DNA of 64,000 nucleotides, taken from NCBI RefSeq assembly GCF_009914755.1, contig NC_060941.1; one strand, written 5' to 3'. Position numbers and translations under genes: made by a program. Under the pieces are notes generated by a model. That model was given only the letters and a program-made list of their open reading frames with translations. It had not been told where the DNA came from and did not search any database. The stretch comes from the human T2T-CHM13v2.0 reference genome, Homo sapiens. Shown here in pieces: positions 13,247-26,500 of the stretch; position 1 is the stretch's first letter; every line of letters starts with the position of its first letter.

Positions 13247-15829
13247 TCTAAAGATCACTATGGGTCAGATGTACCCTGCTGAATAATAACTATCTATTAG
13301 GCTGTGTGCATTGTTCTGACATTAGCTGCCGTTCCTTTTTATTGTACTGTTGCATTACCCAGTTAGTACATCTTCATACCTAATAAATGGGTACTTGCAT
13401 ATTTTTAAATTAAATAAGTTTGATCCAAAAAGACAAATGCAGGATATACATTGGAGTTTCTATATTGCATACAAAGAAGTGCACTATTCGTTTACCACTT
13501 TCTTCTTGAAGGTTTATTTAATTTATCTGTGTGAAGTGACTTTATTTGCCCAGTGGAAATGCTGTCATGACTGTTTTCATGTCCATATCATTCGTTGGAT
13601 TGGAATGTGAGCAACAGAATATCTGAGAAAGGAATGTATAACATAACAGCTTCTGGCAGACTATTAGTGTAAAAACAGCATCCAAAAAAAAATGGAAGGA
13701 ATATGAATATATTACTCCGCTCATCCCCATCATTCTTTATCTTTAAATTGCTACTGGAAGATAAAAGTATATTTATTATAGTGGGGATAAGAACTGCTTT
13801 CTAGGCACTAAGTGCTTGGATTGTATTAGCCTTCTATTGTTGGTAGCCTTTCTGCCTGGTCGCTCACTCTGATAAATTACAGGCACGGCACACACCTGTT
13901 CACTGAGTAAAGGTCGAGTTTGGAATTGGATTAAGAGAAAATGACAGAGACCCTCATCACCTGAGTTTTATACACCTTGAAATGGCAATAGCATACTTTT
14001 TATCTCAAAGATACAAAGGCCACGTCCATTAAAAGCAGAATTTTAATTGGGAAAATATTTTAAAATGTGGTAGTTCACTATCTTGGTAATGTGTATTTTC
14101 GATCAAGACATGAAAATATTGTTTAAGTGTATTTTGGGTAAAAGCAGGGATAAAAAGATGATTCCAAATGTTCTAAGTTATTCTTGTGGAATGTTTTTAC
14201 TGGTTTTCAGAACTGAGATCTAGTGCAGGAAGAGTCTAATGATTCTGTTTCTTAGAACATTTATACTGTTTAGCCAAAAAGTAGAAAAATAACTGCATTG
14301 GTAGTAAGCCGTCTCTTTTAATTATAAATGTTTTCTCACTGTTTGGAAGCTATTGAAGATAACAGTTATTCAGATACTAGTTTGCTATTTGTGCATTATC
14401 TAGATCCTGCACTTGAAGCTACGCGCAATGTCAGTATGCGTTGGGTAGATAATGCGTAAAGGAGTTGGTCTCACATTGGTCAGTTTGTGACCTTGCCAGC
14501 TGTTGGAGAGTTTTAAATTAAATCAGAACAGATTTGGAATTTGTTAGTGAATTTCATCTGTTTCTGATATCCGTATTGAAATGAGCTGAATTACAGTAGT
14601 GTGCTTTTTGTTGTTTTTGATGTGTTTTTTGACTAAGCACTATGGATTTGAATTTTGTGAGTGCCACTGTCCAGAACCTTTTTTATGGATTTATTTTTCT
14701 AATATTTTTACACTAATTTAATTAGACAAAAAATGAATTCTATCCTTTTGGAAAAGTTTTTTTTTTTTTTCTCTTTATGGCTTTTTGCCATCAGGAAGCA
14801 TTTGTTACCAATTTCATTGAAAAGACAAACTAGTATAAAGCTGTCCTGGCTTTTGAGCTGAATTGAAAAACTTATTTTCTTTATTCTGGATGAAGTTTCT
14901 GGGTATCTAAAAAAAAGTAAAGCTTCTTCTTTTTTTTTTTTTTAATGGTTAAATGGCTGAGAAGTAATTCTTTTGTAATGCATGTATAATTCCCTGTCTT
15001 CCAATAGAGGCTTCTTTTTTCCTTTGAATTTTGGGGGAATTATATAGTAAAATCCTTTCTTGCACTCCAATTACAGTGTGGTTATAAAGTTCTCCTTAGG
15101 CTTTGGTAAAGGTATATAAATAAAAATGGTTATATTTTGACAGAATATAAATAAAATTATACAAATTATTTTTATGCATATTCTGTGTTGTTTTTTTTTT
15201 TGACATGTCAGGTGGGAACAACATGGATTTTTTTCCCCCACTCTTTGTTAACTAAATAGACAGATCTATATGGTTTGGGGATTCAGCTGGACACTGAGTA
15301 TGACTGGTTAAATCAGTTCTAATTTTTAAAAAAGATTAGAAAAGAATAATTTATGTAGGTTATGGGGCTTTTTTGTTTTAAGCAGAAAACTTTACTTTTG
15401 GCTTGAGACCAAATTACTGTCTTTACCATGGAGTCTAAAGTGATGTCTACTTCGTAAACAGGAATCTTAACTAAGTGGATTTTTTGCCTATATATCAATT
15501 TTCAAATTTACAAAGTGATAAATTTAGAATATTCTTCTCTTCTGTCATTATGTTCATCAGACTGATAATTATGCTTCTAGGTAACAGAGTTCTTTCTTTT
15601 TGTCTATAAAACTTCATGTTGCCTTTTCAAAATTGAAAAATATAGTTTAGCTACGAACAGAATGTTGCTGATGAGATATAGGAGGACTAAAGGACTTAAC
15701 GAGAGGCACACAATTAAGCAGTAAAATTAGGGAACCAATGAGGTAATATACTTGAAAATAACTGTCATGGAGTTTCCAATCTGTTAGTTTCTCTCTTGAA
15801 GGTCTTTCAAATAGGTAGTGTATACCTTA

Positions 15830-16108
15830 GGCCGGGTGCGGTGGCTCACTCCTGTAATCCCAGCACTTAGGGAAGCCGAGGTGGGCGGATCATGAGGTCA
15901 GGAGATCGAGACCATCCTGGCTAACACGGTGAAACCCTGTCTCTACTAAAAACAGAAAAAATTAGCCGGGCGTGGTCGCGGGCGCTTGTAGTCCCGGCTC
16001 CTCGGGAGGCTGAGGCAGGAGGATGTGTGAACCCGGGAGGCGGAGCTTGCAGTGAGCCGAGATCGCACCACTGCACTCCAGCCTGGGCGACAGAGCGAGA
16101 CTCCATCT

Positions 16109-16149
<41 letters not shown>
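15830..16149 (+). mobile_element. AluY with about 40-nt poly(A) tail
   Basis: gagatcgagaccatcctggctaacacgg and ggagcttgcagtgagccgag diagnostics; long uninterrupted A tail. Confidence 0.95.
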
Positions 16150-16151
<2 letters not shown>

Positions 16152-18386
16152 AGAAGATAATGTATGCCTTTCTGCTTTTGTAGTTTTGTTATATTTTTGT
16201 AGAATTAAAATCAAGGAAACCCTTAAAGGAGAAAGGAAGTCACATAAAGCTCTCTAGACTGAGGGATAAAGGAAAAGGGATTATTTAGGGGAATATCAAT
16301 TTAGACTTTTGTTTTTGTTATTGTTTTAATCAGAGTAACTGTTGAGTTTTCCCCTTGTCTGAAGCAGTTGAGCTCACCCAAACCCAAGTGGGGCAGCCCT
16401 TCCTTGGAAGGATATGAGAGCAACGAGCGAAGAAAACTAAACCTATACCTTGCACTTAGTAAATACCAAATAGATATTTAGTTAGAATGCCTTCCAACCC
16501 CCCACAAAACAGATTTTTAATTAAGAATTACCTTAAATCCATAATTTTATGGGCTAATAGAAGCCACATTTGAGTCCCAGGGTAGAAATGTGAACATCAA
16601 AGCTGGTATCTGGAAGTATGGGTGAATAAATTCAACAGCTGATTGCTGTCTTTCAGCATATTCAGGTGTTAACTGAATAGATACTGAATACTTGTGTTCG
16701 GACATTTACCACACTTATTCCCCTGTATGCAGTTTTGTGGACAGTGTTCAGGATAAATAAATGATTGATTACCTCAGTTCTCACTGTAGCTATTTTGTTA
16801 GCAAAGATAGCGTTTCTGCCAAGAAACTTCATTTTTTCAGCATCCCTGGCAATTCTCTCTAAATTATAAATGTCAAAGCAAAAAAACACATCGTTTTCAA
16901 TGAACAGTGGAATAATTGTTAAAGAATTAGTCAGCATCTCTTAATGTAATCCTGGGAATAGGTTCACATCTACCCAAGGAAAGACCTAGAAGGAAAAGGA
17001 TGTAAAGAGGGAAGACCTCAGCCTCACACTGTCTTTCAGTGGATCTGTGGGGTGTAGATGTTCAGGCCACCTAGTGGGGAGGAAAGCCACTTGTTATGGT
17101 CTTGTGCCCCCATTCTTTGAAACTGACACTGTGTTCTTTTTGGTCTCCTTTCCCCAGTGTCTCCCTCTGTAAGCCCATTTTCAATCGTATTTTTAAGGTT
17201 TCTTTTGAAATTCAAGAGGAAAGCAACTCTTTTCTGATATCATAAGTGAAATTGTAGTTACTCTATGAAACAGAACTGCTGAGAAGATAAGGAACCTTTC
17301 AATCACACAGACATCTTTCACATACTAAAAACAGTGCAAATAAAACATAGTGGAAGAAAGGGCACTAAGGTTTTGTGCATGCCATATTTTGGAGAGAGGG
17401 AGTTCTTGCTAAGATTAACATAAACACTGACACTCTTAAAATGCATTTTCACACCCCCACTCATGAGGAGAGATTGCATTTTAAATGGGGGTTAAGACAT
17501 CCAGGCGAACTCCAGGGCTCTGTAAAAGGAACCCTAAGGCTAAAGAGCTTATCTGAAATTTGAAAAAAAGAAAAAAAAATGAAGCCTTCTGACATTCATC
17601 TTTTTTTCTTGTATTAGTCATAACTTGCTTTTCAGCTATATTTTAGGTTTTGAATGCCAACCTGACATCTGTTCAAGTCTGCCTGTAATTTATTAGCAGA
17701 GGAAAAGACAGCAGTTGCTCACTAGTTAGAGATGCAAAATTTCTGCCTTCCTGTTCTCCACTAAGTACTTATAGATGATACCTGGATACGAAGAATGTAA
17801 TAATTTACTGAAAACTTCAGGTCAGGAAATTTATAAAGATTTTTTTTTAATTAGAAGAATAAAATGGCTTAAGACCATGTGATTTCAAAAATCTCTAGAT
17901 CAGGATTTAGAGACAAAACATAGACCCTAAAAAATACTTTAGATAACTTTCTATAAATTGTAATTTTTTTAACCTTGAATTAATTTTTCCATTGGTTTTA
18001 AATTTTTAAGTTAAATGTATATTTGAACAGTAGTTGTGCTTATATCTGAAAGTCAAACTGTATGTAAATTCACCTGGCATTTTGCATTTATAGACAGACT
18101 TTAAGAAACAAATCTTTTGGAGAGGTAGTGCTGTCTACAGAGTCACCAAATGGATTAGATTTCCTGGCAACTACAGTTGAGTTACTTACAGATCAACAGT
18201 TGGGTCACTACAAAGTTGAGATCTAAGTGTTAACCTGAGTGCCCACCAGTAAGAAACCGGTTAGAGGCAATCTTAAAATGATATAGCTCCAAATGTAGAG
18301 ACATGTTTGTGTTAATAAAAAATATATAAAAGCAAATGCATTCTAAAAATCTCTAAGGACATACATTAAATTGAAAAAAGGTTTAT

Positions 18387-18503
18387 GGCTGAATGTGGTG
18401 GCTCACACCTGTAATCCTAGCACTTTGGGAGGCTGAGATGGGAGGATCACTTGAGCTCAGGAGTTCAAGACCAGTCTGGGCAGCATAGTGAGACCTTGTC
18501 TCA
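18387..18503 (+). mobile_element. FLAM/Alu left monomer
   Basis: Single left-arm sequence ending gagaccttgtctc. Confidence 0.85.
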
Positions 18504-19204
18504 TTTATTTATTTTTTTAATTTAAAAATTTAATTTAAAAATTAAAAAAAGTGTTTACTTCCATGGAAGGGAAGCTAAGATGGGGAATAAAGGGAAAGTT
18601 TTGTTCTTTTACTCAATTTTACCTTTATGTCTGAATGTTTTATTGTATTTCTAATGTGTGATTTTAAAAGCCAACAGACAAAAGATAATATCACAGTATG
18701 TTTCTTGGGGTGACTCTACCATCAGCATGGAAAGTCAGCAGGAAACAGGTACATCCTTCCGCCTTCATGAAGTTTTCTGTGGAGGAGGAGAGTGCAGGGT
18801 AAAAGGCCTGGATTCCAAGGGCTTTGCTGGCAGCCCCTTAGAGGGTAGACAGAACACCTATCCTATTTGGTCAAGAAGAGAAAAAGTTTCTCCATATATA
18901 ACAAACTGCTTTCCCCCAGAATGTTCTGCATTATAGTAATGGTGTAAGTAGTCTGCCCTTCAAACATGAGAACATTTGCATCCAGGCCTTTAGGCAGCCA
19001 AGGCAGCATTAAAGAAGAAAGAGTGGGAGCAGAGCGAGCTGAGGGAGAGCAGAGCTTCTGACATTTGAGGAACTGGGCGTGAATTTGTTTTTAGTCTTCA
19101 AAAACCATTCTCTTGAGGAATCGAATTCCCATGACTCCTGAAGTGAAGCGGTTGGTGTTTTCTCCTGCGTTACTCCCATACGTAAGTTGGTGATTATAAT
19201 GAGG

Positions 19205-19440
19205 GTGGTGGCTAATACTTATATAATGCCAGACGCTGTTCTGTGTGCTTTATTATTGTGTTTATTAATCCTCACAACAACCTTCAGAAGTAGACACTGT
19301 ATTGTCTCCATATTATGGAGCAGGAATCTCTGTCTCAAAAAGGTGAAGTAATGGGTCCAAGACACACAGCTAGTAAGTAGTAGAGTCAGATTTGAACCCA
19401 GGCAGTCGAGCCCCAGATTTCATTTCCTTAACCATTACAT
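19205..19440 (-). mobile_element. MIR
   Basis: aatcctcacaacaacc...aggtgaagtaatgggtccaagacacacagctagtaagtagtagagtcagatttgaacccaggcagtc. Confidence 0.8.
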
Positions 19441-20351
19441 GTTATTCTCCCATGAAAGCCCATCGTGTAAAACCATTTTAATGGGCTTTCTAGCTTCACT
19501 TTTTTGGGGACCTTTGAAGCAATCATTGAGGCAGCCTTTGTTCTAGCCAAGGGCCAACCATGGCACCATTGAGATTTTGAGCTGTATAATTATTTGGTCT
19601 GGGGACTGGGTGTCCTTTGCATTGTAAATAACTAACTTTTCTAGTAATCTGATGTGTTCAAATTGTCATGAGCTCAAGAGACATGAAGATTTGGTGGTAG
19701 GCTGTAATACCTAATGCCACTTTTTTCATGTGTTTTTTGTCACGTGTTGTAGCAGAATACAGGAAGGAAGGAACTGGAATGGGTGTGTCAGAGAAGCTGT
19801 CTTAAACTGTCAACCTGGAGAGGGAACATAAATGTTAAAATTAAATAATCATTAAAAAATTAAGCAACGTAACAAGTGATATCAAAGGCCAGTATTTGAT
19901 TAAGTGCCAGATGAGCAGTACAATTGATAAGCCCTACAGGAACTGAAAGGGAATCACATCGAGAAGACTTCATAGAAGAGGCAGAGCTTGAGTAAGGCCT
20001 TAAATGCTGAGCGGTTTTGGATAGGAGGAGGGAAGGGGATAGTTGTCCATATCCTGGGAAGAGTGACAGACTAAACACGGTATAGACTTCATGACTTAGA
20101 CCAGTCTAACAGAGCTGTTGTTTGGAAGAAACAGGAAATAGGATTAAAAAGTTAGTTTTGGGTTGGGTTGTGGAAATCTGTGAGGAGATGTGGACTCTTT
20201 TTAAAGTACTGTCCCTGTTTAAGCTTCCAGACAGACTCAGAACCTTCCAGACAGACTCAGGTGCTTCTCCTGTGTTTCCCTGCACCTTGTATATACTTAG
20301 AATCCAGCTGTGTTCTTAATGTAATTATTCATTTGCATTACACTCCTAAGG

Positions 20352-20550
20352 CAGAATTTCTTAACCTTGGCACTATTGACATTTTAGGCTGGATAATTCT
20401 TAGTTGTAGGGCGCCTGACCTGTGCATCATAGGATGTTAAGCGCCATCCCTGGCCTCTACTTGATGTCAGTACTTCCCTTCCTCACCACTCCGAGCCCCA
20501 GTGACGATTAAAAGAAATGTGATGAAACTGTCCTGTGTTGAGAACCATTG
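20352..20550 (+). mobile_element. MER20 (hAT-Charlie MITE)
   Basis: ttcttaaccttggcactattgacattttaggctggataattct...gttgagaaccattg. Confidence 0.8.
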
Positions 20551-21269
20551 CTCAAAGGCCTTTGAAGGCACAACTGTAATGTCTTCTTATCCATGTATTA
20601 TCAACATCAGGGGTGTTGGGATGTAGGTTGCAGGTCATTGTTGGACCATGAACCACTGTTACCAGTCCACAATAAGACAAATATTGGAAATTAAGAATAA
20701 GTAATTACAAATGTTTATAGCAATTTGACATTATCACAATTTTTTTAAAATTATATTTTACAAAAATGTTGGTCTGCAATGGATTGGAAATTTAAAAGGA
20801 AAAAAAATACAGCTGGACCTTAGCATACATAGTTTGAGAAGCACTGGCCTATGTAAATATTTGCAAAATGAATGAAATTTTTTGAACAGATGCCTTAGAG
20901 AAAAGGTGAGGCGAATAGTCTTAGAGACCAGTAGACTATTGCTGTCCAGTGTGTGGTACTTAGAATCTGGATTGGGGTGAAGGCAACAGGAATGGAATGG
21001 GAAGAAAATACATGAAAAAATTGCAGACATGAAACTGGCAGAATTTGGCAATAGTTATTGTGGGTGACAGAATTGGAGGTGAGACTCAGGTCTTGTGAGA
21101 AAATGTTGGAAATGAGAAACTCAGGAGAACATAGTTTTGGAAAAGTAGAGAATATCATTGCACATATTTTCAATATCGTGAAAGGAAACTGGAAGCTGAA
21201 CTGAAGAGAGGAAGAATTACTGGCATTTCAATTTATTGAAGCCTAGCTTCAATCAGTCTGCACGTGTTT

Positions 21270-22490
21270 AGGAAACACACTGTTGACTACTTTTGCTTGA
21301 AATACCCTCTTTACTTGGCTTTTCTCACTCCAAGCATTTCTGGTTTTCCTTTTACCTCTCTGGCTGTCTCTTTTCAACCTCTTTTGTGTCCCTTAAAATG
21401 TTGGGGTTCCTCAGGAGTCTGTCTTTGACCTATTATTTTTCTCTAATTATTCTCCTCCAAATTAATCACATCTGTTTCATAGCTTCAATTAGTATCTTTA
21501 TGCTGCTAACTCTCAAATATGCATATGCCACCTCGGTCTCAGTTTAGAACTCTGGATTTGTACCAGCATAATGTGTTGGGTATTTCATGATCACATAGTA
21601 AGCTTGAAATTAAACACATTCAGTTGCCCCCTCAGTCCTCTCTAAACATGCATCTATATCTGTGTTTTCTATCTCTGGCAATACTCTAGCCAAAAATCTG
21701 GACACCTTTAACTCCTCTCTTTCCCTCACCTCCCACTTCCAGTAAGTCGCAGAATAGACCGTCAATTCTGCAATCTCCGCAATCTCTCTGAAATCCCTCC
21801 AGTTCTCTCTACCTCGCCCTGCCACTCTTCCTTCAGGACACCATTATCTCTTGCCTGAATTGCTCCATAAGCCCTCAGCCTTGCCCTTCTCTAATCCATT
21901 CTCCACACTGTAACTGGAGTGATTTTTATAAAAAGGCAAGTCTGATCCTGTCACTGCACTGGTTCAAACTCTTTAGCAGCCCGCCTTAACTCCTTACATG
22001 GTTTACAAGCCCTGTGTGATCTGGCTCCTGCTAAACTTTCTTGCTTCGCCTCTCAGCCCGTGCCCCTCCCCCATACTCTGGGTTCCAGCCAGCCTGTGCT
22101 ATTTTCAGTTCCTCTAATTTGCCATGCTACTTTCTCTTACCTCTATATCCTAGGGTTATTTTTTTTTGCTTTTTTTTTTTCTTAACCATCTTTTCATCCA
22201 ATTCCTGTTCACTCTTCAGGCCAAAGCTTTGAACTCACTGTTTCTAGAATGAGTAGGCTTTAATGTTCCTCATGTGTGTTCTAATAGCTCCATGTTATTT
22301 TATGCATTATTACATTGTATTATAATTGCTTATTACATGTCTGTATTCCAAGTCCTCTCTCCATGTCCCTGCCCTCACAAACATAGTATACCTTCAGTAA
22401 GGAATAGGCCTTGTTTATTTTGGTCACTGTCGTATTCTCTCCTCCCGGCATGGTGTCTGGCTTATAAGTTTTCAGGAAATAAATAAATGC
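21270..22490 (+). mobile_element. L2 fragment
   Basis: Pyrimidine-rich L2-type sequence ending in ggcatggtgtctggcttataag...aataaataaatg. Confidence 0.7.
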
Positions 22491-23189
22491 CAGGAACTTG
22501 ATTAATCTTGATTAATTAAATAGAACACTTAGACAGTTTGATCCAAGCCCTGCCCTCATGATACTTACAGTCTGTGTGGGAGTAACACTGTATTTGCACA
22601 TCCCAAAGCAGTACTGTGTAAAACATAAGGTGCATTGTGAACCAGATTAGCAAAGTAGGCCACATGGAGAAGCAGCAGATGCATTTAAAGAGCAAGACTG
22701 AGCCATATCTTTAAAAGTCAAAGCAGATATGATGTTTATAATTCATTACTAAATCCATGTAGATCCTCTTAGATTCTGAATTTAGGAAAGACCTCTTGGA
22801 TTGGTCCTGAATGGCACTAGGCTCCAGAAATAAGAAAAGGAAGAGTATTTTCTTGGGTACTTGTGAGCTACCATTTGCTTCATTGGGAACTGCCATTCTT
22901 ATGTAAGGGCACTATAACAAGAGTGTTCACATTTAAGGGCATCAGGTCAATATTGCGTCTGTGTGAGTTTGTGTGCATGTGAATGCACACATGTATTTTC
23001 TATTTTTAAATAGAAACACATTATAAAAATAATGCATCCTCATAAAACAGCACAGATAGAGTAAAAAGTGAAATCTCCCTTCATTCTACCCACTCCAGTT
23101 TTACTCCCTCTCTTAGAGGTAGACACTGTAAAGAGATTGGTATGAATTTTTCAAACCCTTTCCTAAGTATTTATACAATAATATATAAT

Positions 23190-23343
23190 CAATCCATTCA
23201 TTCATTTATTGAGACAGGGTCTTGCTCTGTTGCCCAGGCTGGAGTGCAGTGGTGCAATCATACTCCGTTGCAGCCTCGCACTCCTGGGCTCAAGTAGTCC
23301 TCCCACCTCCACCTGCCAAGTAGCTGGGACTACACCCAGCTAA

Positions 23344-23391
<48 letters not shown>

Positions 23392-23509
23392 TGTAGAATT
23401 GGAGTCTCACTATGTTGCTCAGGCTGGTCTCAGACTCCTGGCCTCAAGCAGTCCTCCCGCCTCAGCCTCCCAAAATGCTGGGATAACAGGCATCAGCCAC
23501 TGTGCCTGA
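23190..23509 (-). mobile_element. AluJ-like with internal (TG)n microsatellite (23346-23388)
   Basis: Antisense Alu whose middle A-rich linker is replaced by (TG)n. Confidence 0.88.
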
Positions 23510-26500
23510 CTTTTTTTTTTTTTTCAACCTAGTAGTGTATCTTGGGTTTTTTTCTGTGATAAAGCACACAGATAACATTTTATTTTTTAAAAAGTTAAAT
23601 AGTATTAGCAGATCTGCATCCACACAAGTCCCGTCATGGTAAGTTAGCGTCTCTTCCTCAGCAGTAAGAAGGCTCCTAGGCACACACCAGAACAAGGTTG
23701 GCATTGCGTCTCCTTTCTACTCACTTGTATGGCCCTAGGCTTCTCAATGCGGCAGGGCCCTGGGCGCTCAGCTACTTGAGCCTTGGTACCCTTGCCTGAA
23801 AAATTGTTTATTGGTAGGTAACATTAATGTGTGTAAGTTTTCTAACACAGTACCTGGCTGACTGTCAAACACTCCATGGATGATAGTTACTTGGTATGAT
23901 TATATTGCCAAGAGGCACTTTTGGAGCTCTGTAAAAGGCAAAAATTTATAACCCAATCCCTTTAATCTAATGTTAAGATGTGTTTTCTTCTTATCTTAAA
24001 TTTTGTTGCTGTTGAAAATAGTTAACACCTGAGATTTTCCTCCTATGCTGTTTTATAATTACCCATTTTGAACAGTGTTTGTTGATAAGGTAGTCAAGGG
24101 GACACTTCGAAATATTTTTTCTTTATTTGTGAAGTCATACTTTGGCTGATTTATATTTAATTTTTATCACATTACATCGGAGAGGAGCAGATAAATTTTC
24201 TATCACCTCTATAAATTTTCTATCACATATAAGAAAGTGTATCTTATATGTGATACACTAACTTGGAAAAACAACAGCTATCTTGATAGACACAATAGAG
24301 AATAGGATGTCAGAGGAAGAGAAGAATTAGAATGTTAACAATAATGCTAGTAAAAAGCTACCCAGGACTTAAATGGTATTATTTGAGAGTACTTCTACCA
24401 TGATTCAAATAAGACTTGCCTTGGAATTCCATATGATTTGTTACTTAGAGCAGTCTACCTTTAATATGTTTAATATGGTCATACTTTAAAAAAAAAAACC
24501 TGCAAGAAACTTGGGTTTCACGTTTTTGCTTTTTAAAGAATTAACATAATGTTATTTCAGGTTTGTAAAGGAAGTTACAGAAGATAGCAATAAATCCCTT
24601 CCATATACCATTTTAGTCATAGTGCAAAATTAGGCATTGAAAATTATTATGGGTACTGTATTAGATATTCAAAGATTTATTTGTGGCTTTGACTTCTTTA
24701 CCAACACCTCTGGCTTTAATACAGTATCTTTTATCAGAGCAAGTAATAGTTTGAATCCTTTTCTTACAAATCCTCTTTTTACTCAAGTGACTGCAAACTT
24801 ATAAAGATGCACACATCTGTAGCTTGAACGTCTATGCTATTTGCTCAAGTATTTACTTGAATTTATCCTCGATGATATGATTTTTTTAAGTGCTTTGATT
24901 TTAAATTCTATCTAGAATCCCATCATGAGGGAGAAATCTTAGCAAGACTTAAGCACCTTTTCATAATGACTGGTTACTGTAGGATAAACCTATAATTAGT
25001 ATGTTGCTAATCCACACGTTAGATATATCCCATCAAATTTCAAATATACACAGGAGAATTATCCACATTGAAGGTTATTAGTGCATTCCAGGGACATTTC
25101 CATGTTGATTCACAACTACCCCTTTACCTTACACTTTCCTGTGTTACTAGACGTCTCTTTCTGTAAAACTTCTCTTTGTTGTTACTTTTTACTTTTGTAT
25201 GTGTTACCTGATTACTTTGGCTTCCTCTGTGACTACTGAGGGAGCCAATTGTGGCTGTGATGAGCTTAGAGAAAGGGAGATGGGGAAGACTCGCTTAAAT
25301 GAGTTACAAATTCTCTGTAGTCTGATCTTTATCTGGCTATTGCAGTATGACCATGGGTGATACTAAATGAAATAGAACTCAACTCCCCAAAATTTGGATT
25401 TGTCTTATAAGTCGTAATGGCTCCAGGTGGGATACTGTGTCAGACCAAGGATAGGCAGATGATAGTTTATTGCCACAGTCAAAAGATCGAACCCTTTTTT
25501 TTCATGTTATCTAGAAATGAATCTTTAAAAAAAAAAAAAAAGGAATGGGTTGAACTTATAATATTTTAGCAACTCATAAAATAACTTGAAGAAAAAGATC
25601 ATTTGGAAGGAGAGACAAAACAGACTGAAAGACATTGTTTAAATTTATGACTTTTATTATCTTACTTGAATGCTATTTTTGCCCCTCTCGCTATTATTAA
25701 ACCCTTTGCTTCCTGTTTTCAGTTGCTCCTGTCAAGGTATGAATTTTTCTTTGGATGATTGTCATCTATTTCATATTATCTAGTATTCCTCTCTATTATG
25801 AGAAAATCAAAAGTAGACAGTGTATCTATAGCTATAGATTTAAATGCACTAAGGTAATTATATATTTGAATCAGAGACCTAAGGAATAATCTAGTGTAGC
25901 ATTTACCAAATTTATTTAAACTTAACATGCTTACATGAAGACAGACCTATTTATGTTTCCAAGGAACACCAGTTTGAGAAATGCTGATCTTACCTGTGTC
26001 ATTCTTATTTTGTAGATGAGGACATTGGGACCTCAGAAGAATAAGGCAACTTATTTAGGCTAAAGTCACTGCTTGTCTACTGGGGCTGGAATCCAGGTTG
26101 CTTAGTCTGGTGCCCTTTAGGCTTCATGATTCAGCCACTTAAGACAATTTGATTTATTGTTGGGCTTTTTAATTCTAGATTTCATAACTTGGATATGAAA
26201 CTGTACTTCCCAGTCTCCAAAATAAGCTTCACTGTTTTCTGGAACGTGAATTAGATTCAGAAAGCCCCTTACTGCCTTTAGATTATTGCAGCCTCCCCAG
26301 TGGGCCCCAGGGATCCAGGAAAAATATCTTTGTTTTTCACCTAGTCCTCTCCTCAGCTTTTAGAGGGACTCTTAGATCTATGTTTATGAAAAGACTTTTA
26401 TTAGTTCTTATAGTTGTAGTAATGCATGTTTATTGTAGAAAATTTCAAAAATGTAGATGAATAAGAAGAATAAAACAATCACTCAGTGTAAAAAACAAAA

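Noticed and set aside
20224-20260. 20-bp tandem duplication ttccagacagactcag (similar small duplications at about 2052 and 39947)
   Set aside because: Ordinary slippage duplications with no further structure.
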